The notes under the pieces: model-generated | The model's database searches: none | Told to the model about the DNA's origin: nothing | Seen by the model: the letters and a program-made list of their open reading frames with translations, nothing else | Shown: positions 38,870 to 48,802 of the stretch, one piece after another | Numbering within the stretch: the stretch's first letter is position 1 | How the letters are laid out: each line of letters starts with the position of its first letter | Program-made: the position numbers and the translations under genes | Assembly: GCA_964396715.1 (NCBI GenBank) | Contig: CAYNFQ010000003.1 | Location: 565 to 64,564 of the forward strand | Direction of reading: 5' to 3' | Length of the DNA stretch: 64,000 nucleotides | From: an uncultured Gammaproteobacteria bacterium | Lineage (GTDB): Bacteria; Patescibacteriota; Microgenomatia; Daviesbacterales; UBA10151

Positions 38870-39301
38870 TTATTTACCAGTAATCACCTTTCTTTGAGTA
38901 GTGGGCGCAGCACCTACTGCGCTTTTTTCCACTTTAACTTTTGTTCTTCCCAAAAAATCCTTTTTCTCACGAAGCTTAATCGGTTCACCTTCGGCAGTTG
39001 TAACTACAGCTTCTTCTTTTGGAGTTTCAAAGATGGCAATTTTTTCACCCTTTTTAACTTGCACTATGGCCTTTTTCAACCCCGCAGTTTTGTAAACTTT
39101 TCTGACACGTCTTTGCTGTTTTGTTTGACCTTTAATATTTAAAACCTTAACTCTTAAAACTTTCACACCAAATTTATCGGCTACGATTTTGGCAATTTGC
39201 GGTTTTGTTGCTTCTTTATTCACTTCAAAAGTGTAAAAATTAGCTTGTGCAAGCTTCATTGATTTTTCAGTAATAATAGGTCTTTTGATTAAAATATTCA
39301 T
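38870..39301 (-). CDS. rplW: 50S ribosomal protein L23 with C-terminal extension
   Basis: I.RP.ITEKS, YTF.V, KKAIV. Confidence 0.96.
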   Translation of the reverse strand: MNILIKRPIITEKSMKLAQANFYTFEVNKEATKPQIAKIVADKFGVKVLRVKVLNIKGQTKQQRRVRKVYKTAGLKKAIVQVKKGEKIAIFETPKEEAVVTTAEGEPIKLREKKDFLGRTKVKVEKSAVGAAPTTQRKVITGK

Positions 39302-39315
39302 ATTCTTGTTACTTG

Positions 39316-40083
39316 TTACTTGTTACTTGTTACCTTTCCACTTAACCTTTCCACTGCCTCTTTAGTGATCAGTAACATGTCGTGTCTTAAGATCTCATAG
39401 GCATTTATCAAATCCGCAGGTAATGCACTCATTCCTGGAATATTCCTAACAGCTCTTACCACATTGTCCATCTTTTCTGCTGTAATGATTAATGCACTCG
39501 CAGATTTTTGTTTCTTGTCTGATGACTGCGGGCCCCCGAAGGGGAGAACGACTGACGACATTAACTTTACCATCTCTTTTGTTTTACCAGAAGCCTTTTC
39601 TATCCCTGATATTCCTAATATTCCCTTATTCCCCAACTTGTCAGATAAAGCAGCCATTAAAGCCGCTTTTTTCATTTTCTTGGGTAAATCTAATTTTACT
39701 TTGCGGGGTTTCGGCCCAAACACAATCCCTCCTCCCACAAAAATTGGGGCTCTGATCGCACCGTGTCTGGCTCTGCCTGTGCCTTTTTGTCTCTGGATTT
39801 TGGCTGTTGAACCGACCACCTCACCTCTGGTTTTGGTGTTACCTGGTTGAGTTTTTTGATTAGCTGTATAAACTCTTAAAGCCTGGGCTAGTAATTTTTT
39901 ATTAACCTCTCCTCCAAAAATTTCTTTAGGGAGTGATAAAGTCCCAGTTGATCTACCTGCTAGGGAATAAACTGGAACTGATAATTTTGTTTGTCGTTTA
40001 TCGTTTATCGTTTTTCGTTCTGCTTTTTGTGATTTTACGATAGACGATTTACGATTAACGATTAACGATTTCTTAACCGGCAT
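39316..40083 (-). CDS. rplD: 50S ribosomal protein L4
   Basis: TKTR.EV, QKGTG.ARHG, GGG..FGPKPR. Confidence 0.97.
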   Translation of the reverse strand: MPVKKSLIVNRKSSIVKSQKAERKTINDKRQTKLSVPVYSLAGRSTGTLSLPKEIFGGEVNKKLLAQALRVYTANQKTQPGNTKTRGEVVGSTAKIQRQKGTGRARHGAIRAPIFVGGGIVFGPKPRKVKLDLPKKMKKAALMAALSDKLGNKGILGISGIEKASGKTKEMVKLMSSVVLPFGGPQSSDKKQKSASALIITAEKMDNVVRAVRNIPGMSALPADLINAYEILRHDMLLITKEAVERLSGKVTSNK

Positions 40084-40855
40084 CTTGTACTCCCTCCTTC
40101 ACATCTGCCTTCTGACTCTCTGATCCACCGACTGCCTGGCTTGCTGAGTTTTCAGAGTTTTCCGGACTTTCTTCCTCCTCAGATGCCTTTTCCTCAGGCG
40201 GAGGAGTATAACCTTTAATCCTGCCAAGTTTTGTAATGGTAACCAATTCTCCGCTTGCGCCTGGCACTGCTCCTTTAATAACAACTAAATTATTTACTTT
40301 ATCCAGCCCCACAACTTCCAAATTCCTGGTTGAAACAGTGGCTGAGCCCATATGCCCTGCCATTTTCTTGCCTTTATAAACCCTGCCCGGAGTGGTGCCT
40401 GAACCAATTGCCCCTGGAGCGCGGTGCCTGTCTGATTGACCGTGAGTTTTAGGGCCTCCGTGAAATCCGTGTCTTCTGACACCGCCCTGAAAGCCTTTGC
40501 CTTTGGAGGTTCCTGTGACTTTGACAGCATCTCCAATTGAAAAAACCTGGTCAAGTTTTACTTCTTGTCCAGGTTTCAAATCTCCCCAATCTCCCTGATT
40601 ACCCTTAATCTCCCTAAACCAACGGATGGGTTGTTCTACCCCTATTTTTTTACCAAGTCCGAGTTGAGGTTTTTTTACAGACTTTTTTGTGCCGAGCCCC
40701 AGTTGGATCCCGTCATAGCCATCTTTGCCATCTTTACTCTTTAGTTGTGTTACTAAATTTGGCTGAATTTCCACCATAGTAGCTCCCACCCGTCTACCAC
40801 GGGAATCATAAGTACTGGTCATGTTTTTCTTAATTCCTAATAAACTGTTTATCAT
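40073..40855 (-). CDS. rplC: 50S ribosomal protein L3
   Basis: DGY..IQ, G.SKGKGFQG, HG...HRAPG.IG, KGKKMAG.MG. Confidence 0.98.
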   Translation of the reverse strand: MINSLLGIKKNMTSTYDSRGRRVGATMVEIQPNLVTQLKSKDGKDGYDGIQLGLGTKKSVKKPQLGLGKKIGVEQPIRWFREIKGNQGDWGDLKPGQEVKLDQVFSIGDAVKVTGTSKGKGFQGGVRRHGFHGGPKTHGQSDRHRAPGAIGSGTTPGRVYKGKKMAGHMGSATVSTRNLEVVGLDKVNNLVVIKGAVPGASGELVTITKLGRIKGYTPPPEEKASEEEESPENSENSASQAVGGSESQKADVKEGVQDAG

Positions 40856-40869
40856 ATTTTTTGCACTAA

Positions 40870-41035
40870 AAAGAGTGAGGCCTTCGACTATACTCAGGCT
40901 CTCACTCAGTATCTCGCTTTTACACCGCCGTATCGGATTGCGACGCCAAGTCAGACTTGGCTGTCGAGTTTGACTCGACGCGCGATCAACTGAAAATGTA
41001 TCCGACTATAAATTAACCACTTAAGATGGTCATGT
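40870..41035 (-). promoter_or_regulatory. Structured 5' leader of the rplC operon (candidate r-protein leader RNA)
   Basis: About 180-nt leader with the hairpins GCCAAGTC-A-GACTTGGC, GTCGAGT-TTG-ACTCGAC and GAGTGAG...CTCACTC. Confidence 0.5.
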
Positions 41036-41041
41036 GCAGAA

Positions 41042-41070
41042 ATTGTAGCAGAGAGCAAATTCAAATGCAA
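41042..41070 (-). promoter_or_regulatory. Sigma70 promoter for the rplC operon
   Basis: TTGCAT-17 nt-TACAAT with an extended -10 TG. Confidence 0.7.
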
Positions 41071-41071
41071 G

Positions 41072-44000
41072 CTAACTTTGTTTTCGGTAATACCAGAAGC
41101 TAAACAGAGCCGCCAAGGTAATAGTTAATATCACTAACCACTTATTTTTAATCAATGAATCAACCACAGTTGGTGTTTGTTGAAATGCTTGCGCTTCCCC
41201 TAATACCTCAGGTGTTTGAGTGGGTACATCGCTCTTTTTTACCTCTTGGGTAATTTCTGCCGAGGTGGTGGTCTCTCCCAAAACACCCGGGGCAAATCCT
41301 GCTGCCGGTTCGCTAACCACTGCGCCTTGTGGTGTGGCTGACAGTTCATTGGAAAAATCCCCCGGGGCGCAACCATTACCTGCTCTTGCCCTAAAATAAT
41401 AGGTAGTTCCTCCGGAAAGCCCCTGGACAGTATATGAAGAGGTTCCGGGACCACCAATATTGGGGTTACCATACTGTTGTTGCCCGGAGGTAAGTCCGTA
41501 AGTTGCCAGGTAATAGCTGACAGGATCTTTAGCTTTGCTCCAGTTTAAGATGACGCTATTTACTCCACCGATTGCAGACAGAAGAGTAGGTGCGCTGCCG
41601 GGTTTTGCATCAGAGCAAACAGGCGGCGTGCCGCCTCCGCCGGCAGAGGAAAGCGCCTGGGTGGTTGAACCAGCAGCAGATGAGGCTGCAACTGTGCGGG
41701 TGGTGGCATAATATGAGGCTTTGGTGGCTGTAAATGTACAAATTCCTGCAGCCACTGTACAAGTTGCCGGAGCCACAATCCCATCCGAAGTCCAGCCTGA
41801 AGAAGTATTGGTGGAGCGTACCACGTTGAGGGTTTGACCATTTAAGGAAGTACCTACAAAAATATTCAAAGTAATGGCCTGGCTAAATTCCAAACCAAGA
41901 TTGGGAACACCCCACTGCAAGGCCCCCTCAACCGTGGTACCTGAGCTAAATCCGGACAAAGCACCGCTTGAAACATTGGCTGCAGCCAGCAGGGTGGAGT
42001 CAATATTGCCGCCTCCTGCTTTGGAGATAGTGGTACCTGAAGGCAATATCACATTGCTGGTCCCACCAGTTACTGCCACTGTCATAGTCATCTGCTGATT
42101 GACATTGACTGATGGGGTAGCAGCCTGGTTGGTGGTACCAGTTGGCAGGGAAAAAATTCCGCTGGAGAAAAAGGTGGCCGGACTAAAATCAGTTGCAGAA
42201 ATTGTTGAGGTGCTCAGTGTGGTGCGGGCCTCATCCGTATAATAGGGCCTGTATTTGACATTATTACTCACGCTATCCCCTGTACCTCCTGAATTGGTGG
42301 AATGAGTGGGTCCACTTTGAGAACCCCACCAGTTGTGAGAAGCAGTGACCAGCGTTACCCCTGCTTCTGCAGTTACCCCATTTCCGTTATTTCCAGAAAT
42401 TTGCGAGTTTTTAATAGTAACATTGCCTCCATTAACCTGAACTGCTATATCGGCATTGGAAAAGTTGATCTTTTCAATCGTGACAGTGCCTGTGGTAATT
42501 GTTAAGGCTGGCTCTCCGCTTGTTTCCTCCCAGATGGTAGTATTGCCCGCTCCCTTAATGGTCAGGTTTTTGGAAACAGTAACCGCCTCATCAAAACTTC
42601 CGGCCAAAATATTAACTGTGCCATTACCCGCTACAGCATTAACTGCCCGCTGGATAGTCAGGAAAGGATTAGATGCTACTCCGCTGGCTGTATTGTCATC
42701 CCCGGTTGGGGAGACATAAACATTACTGTTGATGTCAAACTGGGAAAAATGGCTGGTGGTGAAAGTAAGTATGCCACCAAATTCTCCGGGAGTAAATGAT
42801 AAATCCCCCGAAATAGGATAATTTGAGCTGGATGGAGGGATTTCACTACCGCTGTCATCTTTAACAATCAGAGCTGGTGTATCTGTGATGCCCAAACTAT
42901 CCAGGCCGTACATGGCGAGCGTGGCACCGGCATTTTTCAAATCCTGGGCGGTTCGGGCATCAAAACCAATTTTTCCCGCCTCTACCATCTCCAGTTTACT
43001 GCCCAGGTTTTGCAACAAGGTTTTGGTATTTTGGCTGGTTAAATTTAGAGTGGCGCTAAAAGTGATTTTCCCTTTGCCTGCTTTTTCAAAATAGAGGCCG
43101 GATGCAGCCGAGGGATTGTCAAGATCACCCAAATTTGTCGTTATGCCGGAGGCATTGATAGTGGAAACCAAACTGGCTATGGAAGGAGCCGGCGAACCAT
43201 TAAACCAGCCTTTGGTGGGAGTTGCGGCAGTAGACCAGGTTGCACCACCATCAGCAGTTCTGGCAATTGATGATCCGGCAGCCGGATCAGAGGCGGATAC
43301 TGATTGAGCATTGACAATGGTCGAGCTTGATTTTTGATAAGTAACCTTGTCTATCTCTGATCCTGAATTATTTTTTAGGGTGATTCTGTCTCCGTCCCCA
43401 TTAGAACTAAGATTATTTAACCAAGCAGCGCCTGTATTTTCGTAGACCACAACCCCCTGGGCAGGAATAGTCCCCAGTCCAGAGAGGCTTTTGGTCGTAT
43501 TTGCCTCATCAACGAGTGTCCAGCCGGTCAGTGAAATGTCGGCATTTGTTTTATTAAAAAGCTCCACCCACTCGTTCTGACCCGCTGACGGATGATACAC
43601 AAACTCATTAATTACTACGCTGGCTGTGCTTTCATCAAAAGGAGTAGCCACCCCTGAGGCAATAGTCCCCACTACCACAAAGACGGTAAAATGATTAAGT
43701 CCTGTGATAGTCAGGGTTTTATCTCCAGGAGTGACCCCGCCCAAGGTAACAAAGCTTTGGCCGTCTTCCGAGGCTTTTACCTCCACATTGTCCACAGTGG
43801 GAGTAGGTAAGGTTAAGGTATATTCAAAAGTGCCGTCTTGCATATCAGAGGAGATATCATAAGCAGTCTTTGACAAGGCCCCACTTTCTGCCATCTGTTT
43901 ATCAGTTAAAATAATCTCTTTGATAGTTACTTTGCCTGGAGAATCTGGAAGTTTATTAAATTTAACTGTGACTTTACTATTTTGAGGAGCTGTATAGGTT

Positions 44001-44317
44001 TTATCCAAAACTACGTTATCTTGAGTGATTACCCCTCCATCTACTGCCTGCCAGTCAGAAACAGGCACTGGATTCTCAGAAGATGTAGCTGCAGAACCGG
44101 ATGCTTCAGCTGGTAATGGGCTGAGACTTGGGCTGGGTTGAGGATCGTCAGTTGTGGTGGCAGAGGGAGTAGCTTCTACATTTTCCTCTGTCACTATCTG
44201 GGCAGACGGAGAAGCTTCTTGGGCATAAACTGGAGAAATCATTACCGGAATAAAAGAATTAAGCAGCAGGGACAAACCTGCCACAACTGAAATTATTTTT
44301 TGTCTGAATTTGTACAC
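41072..44317 (-). CDS. Large secreted/surface-anchored protein (lamin-tail domain, beta-helix, FN3, C-terminal TM)
   Basis: Signal peptide, VVINE...EWVEL.N (LTD), YVSPTG.D...NPF.TIQ.A, NWWG...GP, FN3 GL..GTTY.F, C-terminal hydrophobic anchor. Confidence 0.85.
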   Translation of the reverse strand: MYKFRQKIISVVAGLSLLLNSFIPVMISPVYAQEASPSAQIVTEENVEATPSATTTDDPQPSPSLSPLPAEASGSAATSSENPVPVSDWQAVDGGVITQDNVVLDKTYTAPQNSKVTVKFNKLPDSPGKVTIKEIILTDKQMAESGALSKTAYDISSDMQDGTFEYTLTLPTPTVDNVEVKASEDGQSFVTLGGVTPGDKTLTITGLNHFTVFVVVGTIASGVATPFDESTASVVINEFVYHPSAGQNEWVELFNKTNADISLTGWTLVDEANTTKSLSGLGTIPAQGVVVYENTGAAWLNNLSSNGDGDRITLKNNSGSEIDKVTYQKSSSTIVNAQSVSASDPAAGSSIARTADGGATWSTAATPTKGWFNGSPAPSIASLVSTINASGITTNLGDLDNPSAASGLYFEKAGKGKITFSATLNLTSQNTKTLLQNLGSKLEMVEAGKIGFDARTAQDLKNAGATLAMYGLDSLGITDTPALIVKDDSGSEIPPSSSNYPISGDLSFTPGEFGGILTFTTSHFSQFDINSNVYVSPTGDDNTASGVASNPFLTIQRAVNAVAGNGTVNILAGSFDEAVTVSKNLTIKGAGNTTIWEETSGEPALTITTGTVTIEKINFSNADIAVQVNGGNVTIKNSQISGNNGNGVTAEAGVTLVTASHNWWGSQSGPTHSTNSGGTGDSVSNNVKYRPYYTDEARTTLSTSTISATDFSPATFFSSGIFSLPTGTTNQAATPSVNVNQQMTMTVAVTGGTSNVILPSGTTISKAGGGNIDSTLLAAANVSSGALSGFSSGTTVEGALQWGVPNLGLEFSQAITLNIFVGTSLNGQTLNVVRSTNTSSGWTSDGIVAPATCTVAAGICTFTATKASYYATTRTVAASSAAGSTTQALSSAGGGGTPPVCSDAKPGSAPTLLSAIGGVNSVILNWSKAKDPVSYYLATYGLTSGQQQYGNPNIGGPGTSSYTVQGLSGGTTYYFRARAGNGCAPGDFSNELSATPQGAVVSEPAAGFAPGVLGETTTSAEITQEVKKSDVPTQTPEVLGEAQAFQQTPTVVDSLIKNKWLVILTITLAALFSFWYYRKQS

Positions 44318-44329
44318 TCAGGGATTATC

Positions 44330-44377
44330 CTACATCTTAACTTCAATATCAACGCCGGCTGGGATTTCTAAATGCAT
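44330..44377 (-). repeat. Diverged duplicate of the rpsJ 3' end
   Basis: Encodes [15 protein letters not shown], identical in protein to 45032-45079; 7 synonymous differences in 48 nt. Confidence 0.92.
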
Positions 44378-44642
44378 TTACTTTCTAATTTGATGGTAGA
44401 CTGCAATAAACTGTCCAGTAAGCTCCCTTTGTATATCTTTTGGGAGAGTCTTCCCTAATTCTTTTAGATACTTCTTACCATTAAAAACCATTAAAAATTT
44501 CCAGTAAAACTGGTTCACCATCCTTATCAACACTGACTACAGAATTTTCTGTCTCATAAGAATCATCAATCTTCTTATTGGAAAGTTGAATCATTAAAAT
44601 ATCAACATCTGGACTGTAACTAATCCTATTTTGTACTTTCAT
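44378..44642 (-). pseudogene. DUF2283-like small protein frameshifted by a 10-bp tandem duplication
   Basis: ISYSPDVDILMIQLS..KID.S......VDKDGEPVLLEIFN; ACCATTAAAA is duplicated at 44477-44496, and removing one copy restores an 84-aa ORF. Confidence 0.75.
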
Positions 44643-44729
44643 ATCTACCTCTCAATAAAATTATATCACGGACAAAAATTTCGCGATCGAGAATATAATG
44701 AAAATAAAATGCCCACCCTTGGGGTGGAA

Positions 44730-45014
44730 TTATATTGAAGGGTGTCTAAGTCTCCTCAGTGCTCTGTGTTCAAGACCCCACACAGATGAGGGAGTTATCT
44801 GCATCTCTTGGCCAATATCCGCAAGCGTCCTTGACTGTCCAGTTTTCAAACCAAACCGTTCGCGAAGAACAAAGCTTTGTTTAGTTGTAAGTCTACTTAA
44901 TACTTCTTCTACTTGTTGCTTTAATTTTCCTCTATCTCGAGGATGACTTTGTAAAAATGCTTCCAGTGCTGCATCTTCTTGATCTTGTCTTCCAAAATTT
45001 GGACCTTCTACCAT
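44730..45014 (-). CDS. Stand-alone sigma-70 region 4 HTH protein
   Basis: L..LT..Q..VL.ERFGL....RTL.DIG....IT...V..LE.RALRRLRHP. Confidence 0.85.
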   Translation of the reverse strand: MVEGPNFGRQDQEDAALEAFLQSHPRDRGKLKQQVEEVLSRLTTKQSFVLRERFGLKTGQSRTLADIGQEMQITPSSVWGLEHRALRRLRHPSI

Positions 45015-45031
45015 ATTAACTTCATTTTATA

Positions 45032-45340
45032 CTACATTTTAACCTCAATGTCAACTCCGGCTGGGATCTCAAGATGCATTAGGGAATCAATGGTTTTTTG
45101 GGTGGGCTCAACAATATCCAAAACTCTTTTGTGGGTTTTTATTTCAAAAGCTTCTCTGGAGTCTTTATCCGTATGAGGAGAGGTTAAAACTGTAATTCTT
45201 TCTGTTTTGGTAGGTAAGGGAATGGGGCCGACAATTTTAGCACCGGTTCGAAGGGCTGTATCCAACAGGGACTCACAGGTGTGATCCAACACCCGATGGT
45301 CATAACTTTTCAGTTTTACTCTGATTCTTCCTCTTGGCAT
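45032..45340 (-). CDS. rpsJ: 30S ribosomal protein S10
   Basis: IR..LKSYD, GPIPLPT, SPH..KDSRE.FE..THKR. Confidence 0.98.
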   Translation of the reverse strand: MPRGRIRVKLKSYDHRVLDHTCESLLDTALRTGAKIVGPIPLPTKTERITVLTSPHTDKDSREAFEIKTHKRVLDIVEPTQKTIDSLMHLEIPAGVDIEVKM

Positions 45341-45377
45341 AAAATTGTTATTCCCCTTTCAATGTACAATTATATCT

Positions 45378-45458
45378 TATTGTTCGAACGTAGTGAGAAC
45401 CTACCTTAAAAACTATTATAATCTTTAAGGAAACTTCTCGCTAATCGCTCGAAGAATA
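45378..45458. repeat. Imperfect REP-like palindrome between tuf and rpsJ
   Basis: TATTGTTCGAACGTAGTGAGAA ... TTCTCGCTAATCGCTCGAAGAATA; related half-copy near 47190-47210. Confidence 0.55.
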
Positions 45459-45465
45459 ATTGAGA

Positions 45466-46650
45466 CTAGGCTATGATTTTTGTAATCACACCGGCTCCAA
45501 CAGTTTTTCCACCTTCACGAACGGCAAATCTTAAGCCATCTTCCATAGCCACAGGTGTAATTAATTTTCCAGTAACTTTGACTGTATCTCCCGGCATAGC
45601 CATTTCCACACCTGCTGGCAATTGGACTTCACCTGTCACATCAGTGGTTCTGATGTAAAATTGCGGCCTGTAGCCTTTGAAAAATGGAGTATGTCTTCCA
45701 CCTTCTTCTTTAGAAAGAATATAAACTTCTGCTTCAAACTCGGAGTGGGGTGTAATTGAACCCGGTTTTGCCAAAACTTGACCGCGTTCCACATCATCTT
45801 TTTCAATTCCACGAAGCAAAATTCCGGCATTGTCTCCGGCCTCACCCTGATCAAGCATCTTATGAAACATTTCAATGCCTGTCACCACGCTTTTTTTGGT
45901 TGGCCTGATCCCCACAATTTCAATTTCCTCATTTACTTTGACAACTCCTCTTTCAATTCTGCCGGTCACTACAGTACCTCTGCCTTTGATGGAGAATACA
46001 TCCTCCACAGCCATTAAAAACGGCTTGTCTTTATCCCTTACAGGTGTTGGAATCCACTCATCAACTTTGACCATCAGCTCCTCAACAGCCTTAACAGCTT
46101 CCGGATCACCTTCTAAGGCTTTTTTGGCAGAACCTCTGATGATGGGGGAGTTTGGATCATATTCATATTTTTTCAAAAGATCCCTGACCTCTTCCTCAAC
46201 TAAATCCAACAGTTCCGGATCATCAACCATGTCTACTTTATTAAGAAAAACTACAATGGCTGGAACTCCCACCTGGCGGGCTAGCAGCAAATGTTCTCTA
46301 GTTTGTGGCATTGGCCCATCAGGAGCGGAAACCACTAAAATGGCGCCATCTGTTTGGGCAGCGCCGGTGATCATGTTTTTGATGTAATCTGCATGACCGG
46401 GCATGTCAATGTGAGCATAATGCCTTTTTTCAGTTTCATATTCCTGATGAGATATATTAATGGTAATTCCGCGGGCTTTTTCTTCGGGGGCATTGTCAAT
46501 TTGATCAACTGACCTTTTTTCTGCCAAACCTTTAGCTGCCAAAACATTGGTAATTGCAGCAGTCAAAGTGGTTTTACCATGATCAACATGACCCATGGTG
46601 CCCACATTAACGTGTGGTTTTGATCTATCAAATTTTTTCTGGTCGGCCAT
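45466..46650 (-). CDS. tuf: Elongation factor Tu
   Basis: [34 protein letters not shown]. Confidence 0.99.
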   Translation of the reverse strand: MADQKKFDRSKPHVNVGTMGHVDHGKTTLTAAITNVLAAKGLAEKRSVDQIDNAPEEKARGITINISHQEYETEKRHYAHIDMPGHADYIKNMITGAAQTDGAILVVSAPDGPMPQTREHLLLARQVGVPAIVVFLNKVDMVDDPELLDLVEEEVRDLLKKYEYDPNSPIIRGSAKKALEGDPEAVKAVEELMVKVDEWIPTPVRDKDKPFLMAVEDVFSIKGRGTVVTGRIERGVVKVNEEIEIVGIRPTKKSVVTGIEMFHKMLDQGEAGDNAGILLRGIEKDDVERGQVLAKPGSITPHSEFEAEVYILSKEEGGRHTPFFKGYRPQFYIRTTDVTGEVQLPAGVEMAMPGDTVKVTGKLITPVAMEDGLRFAVREGGKTVGAGVITKIIA

Positions 46651-46662
46651 AATTTCCTTATT

Positions 46663-46688
46663 GTCATCCTGAACTTGATTCAGGATCT
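46663..46688. repeat. REP-like element GTCATCCTGAACTTGATTCAGGATCT in the tuf leader
   Basis: Palindrome ATCCTGAA/TTCAGGAT. Confidence 0.65.
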
Positions 46689-46745
46689 ATTTATTTTACC
46701 CTATCTAGGTAATAAATACCAGCCCTTAAGCTGGTAACAAATGTA

Positions 46746-46774
46746 AATATACAATAATTTCTGTAATTATGCAA
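46746..46774 (-). promoter_or_regulatory. Sigma70 promoter for tuf
   Basis: TTGCAT-17 nt-TATATT on the minus strand. Confidence 0.6.
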
Positions 46775-46782
46775 GAGGTGAA

Positions 46783-47021
46783 TTAAAGGTTCTTAGGATT
46801 ACCCGGTACAGGTACAGAAGTTCCTGGTTTAGGAGGTTCCCCAGGTCTAATCTCCCTTGATATCTCTGTCTTAGAACCAGTATCTGCAGAGGTGTTAACC
46901 AAACCAGTAAGTCCAAGACCTGCTAGTGCTAAGCCTACCCTTGCTCTAAAACTTAACTTTTTAGATTTTTCAGGATTCCCACTTCCACATTCCCACTTCC
47001 ACCTTCAATATTCTCTCCCAT
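46783..47021 (-). pseudogene. Small membrane/secreted protein frameshifted by a 14-bp tandem duplication
   Basis: ATTCCCACTTCCAC x2 (46975-47002); removing one copy gives a 74-aa ORF, MGENIEGGSGNPEKSKKLSFRARVGLALAGLGLTGLV...; TATAAT upstream. Confidence 0.6.
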
Positions 47022-47231
47022 ATAGTTGATTATACCATATGCGAAGGTTGGAGCAAACCGAGGATATTATCGTACCATTTGGGTGTGCGATCGTACACTT
47101 ATTGAACAAACTATATCAATTTTATCTCATTTTGAATGCACAAACAAAACGTCAACCTTCGGTTGAAGGGTTTGGTAATTTAAGGTAACTTCTCACTTTG
47201 TTCGAAGAATAAAAAGTGTGAAGAAAATTAT

Positions 47232-48092
47232 TTATGGAGCAAGGCGGTTGAGGATTCTACCCAAAAGAGAATCTGTGCTTTGAACCACCTGACCATTTTC
47301 CGCTGAGACAAAAGCCTCAACATCTGTTTTAACCGGAATAAAACCTAACAGTTTATGGGTTTTAGTCCCTTTAACTTTATAACCCAATACCCCGTTTGCT
47401 GTTTCCAGCTTAACCAAATCCGGCACGCTGGCCAAACTATTGTCTGCTTTCTCGCTCACCACATCATCCATTACATGTGCGGCCAGCATATTATCAACTG
47501 CTTTTTGCGGCAAAACAGCCACAACTTTGATACCTGCCGGAGTAGTCACGGTTAATTGCCTGGTTGTTGGATCAACAGAAAGGGGGAAATTTGACAAAGC
47601 CCCCACTCTTTTGTTGATCAAAGCTATTTGACCCGGGGCTGTGGCTATTTTAACATCTTCTTTTTCCAGCTCATTTTCCACTTCCTCAACTGCTTCATTT
47701 TCTGCTTCATCCTCCAATTCTACCTCATCCTCAGCTTCTTTCACCTTAGTTTCTATCTTAACTTTACCATTTTCTATTTCATATTTAATCCTTAAATTCC
47801 CCTCTCTTATTTCACTTTTAATTTTCTCTGGGGTAGTTTTAGTTTCCACTCTGGAATTTTCTTTTCCTGCTTTAGTTTCCACTTTAACTGCATCAGAGGA
47901 AGAATCATCCCCACCTTTGGCCAAAGACACTCCGGCCACATCTGATTTTCCATCATTATAGTGCCTGGAAATGGGGATCATTGAGGAAACAACCAGCATA
48001 GCTGATAAACCCAAAACTAAAGTTAGCAGGTGAGTAAAACCACGTTCATGTGAACTGAATGTGGCAAAACCTTCTTCTTTTTTAGAGGACAT
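47232..48092 (-). CDS. Hypothetical exported/membrane-anchored protein
   Basis: N-terminal GF..L hydrophobic segment, acidic coil, VTTPAG.K.VAVLP and KLLGFIPV. Confidence 0.7.
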   Translation of the reverse strand: MSSKKEEGFATFSSHERGFTHLLTLVLGLSAMLVVSSMIPISRHYNDGKSDVAGVSLAKGGDDSSSDAVKVETKAGKENSRVETKTTPEKIKSEIREGNLRIKYEIENGKVKIETKVKEAEDEVELEDEAENEAVEEVENELEKEDVKIATAPGQIALINKRVGALSNFPLSVDPTTRQLTVTTPAGIKVVAVLPQKAVDNMLAAHVMDDVVSEKADNSLASVPDLVKLETANGVLGYKVKGTKTHKLLGFIPVKTDVEAFVSAENGQVVQSTDSLLGRILNRLAP

Positions 48093-48129
48093 AAACTCAG
48101 CTTAAAGCAAGTTCGTGACTTTGTCAAAT

Positions 48130-48186
48130 TTAATGCTCCACCCTACCTGTAAATCCTGAGGCTTCAATTATTTTGGCAGTGATTTG
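48130..48186 (-). repeat. Diverged duplicate of the fusA 3' end
   Basis: Encodes [18 protein letters not shown] versus Fus[19 protein letters not shown]. Confidence 0.92.
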
Positions 48187-48196
48187 AGGATTTAAT

Positions 48197-48748
48197 TTAT
48201 TTTTTCGCTTTAATAAAGGGTAAGAAATCTTCTCTTTTCAAAAGTCTTGATTCTGAACAATTGGCTATCATAGCCAGAGATGGCTTATGAGAAAAACCAA
48301 TATATTCCACAGTTTTACCTTTTTCCCTGGCTTTTTTAATTGCCGGCAAAAGATCTGTATCGGAAGAAACCAAAATAATGTGGTCACATAAATCTTCATA
48401 GGTGGCAACTAGCATATCTACGGCCATATTCACATCCACACCTTTTTCATGAAATTTACCATCAGATTTTAACAGATATCCAAGAGAGTATCTAAAACCG
48501 TTTTTCTTAAGATGGGCCAATAACTTTCGCTGATCTTTATACATTTTGAAAGAGCGTTTAGAACCATCTGTCCTGACTACTCCTACATAGTATATTGCTC
48601 CAACAATTTCCTTCTTACCAGACACCATTTTTGCAAAACCAGAGAAATTAAAGTTAAGTAAGTTGTGCAATTCTAAATCCTTCAACTTAAAGTAGAAATT
48701 ACTACCATCAATAAGAATTACACAACGCTGTTTTTTCATAAAATCCAT
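48197..48748 (-). CDS. NYN domain (PIN-like) ribonuclease
   Basis: IDGSN, EKGVDV..AVD, LVSSDTDL.PA and GK.VEY motifs. Confidence 0.93.
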   Translation of the reverse strand: MDFMKKQRCVILIDGSNFYFKLKDLELHNLLNFNFSGFAKMVSGKKEIVGAIYYVGVVRTDGSKRSFKMYKDQRKLLAHLKKNGFRYSLGYLLKSDGKFHEKGVDVNMAVDMLVATYEDLCDHIILVSSDTDLLPAIKKAREKGKTVEYIGFSHKPSLAMIANCSESRLLKREDFLPFIKAKK

Positions 48749-48764
48749 TATACAGCGTTTTGCT

Positions 48765-48802
48765 CAAAAAAATCCTGCGAAGACCTTTCGGTGTCGCAGG
48801 AG
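48765..48802 (-). terminator. Intrinsic terminator-like hairpin between fusA and the NYN gene
   Basis: TCCTGCGA-CACCGAAAGGTCT-TCGCAGGA followed by T7 on the minus strand. Confidence 0.65.

Noticed and set aside
44730-45014. Functional sigma factor
   Set aside because: Only region 4 is present, with no region 2; reported as a stand-alone HTH protein.
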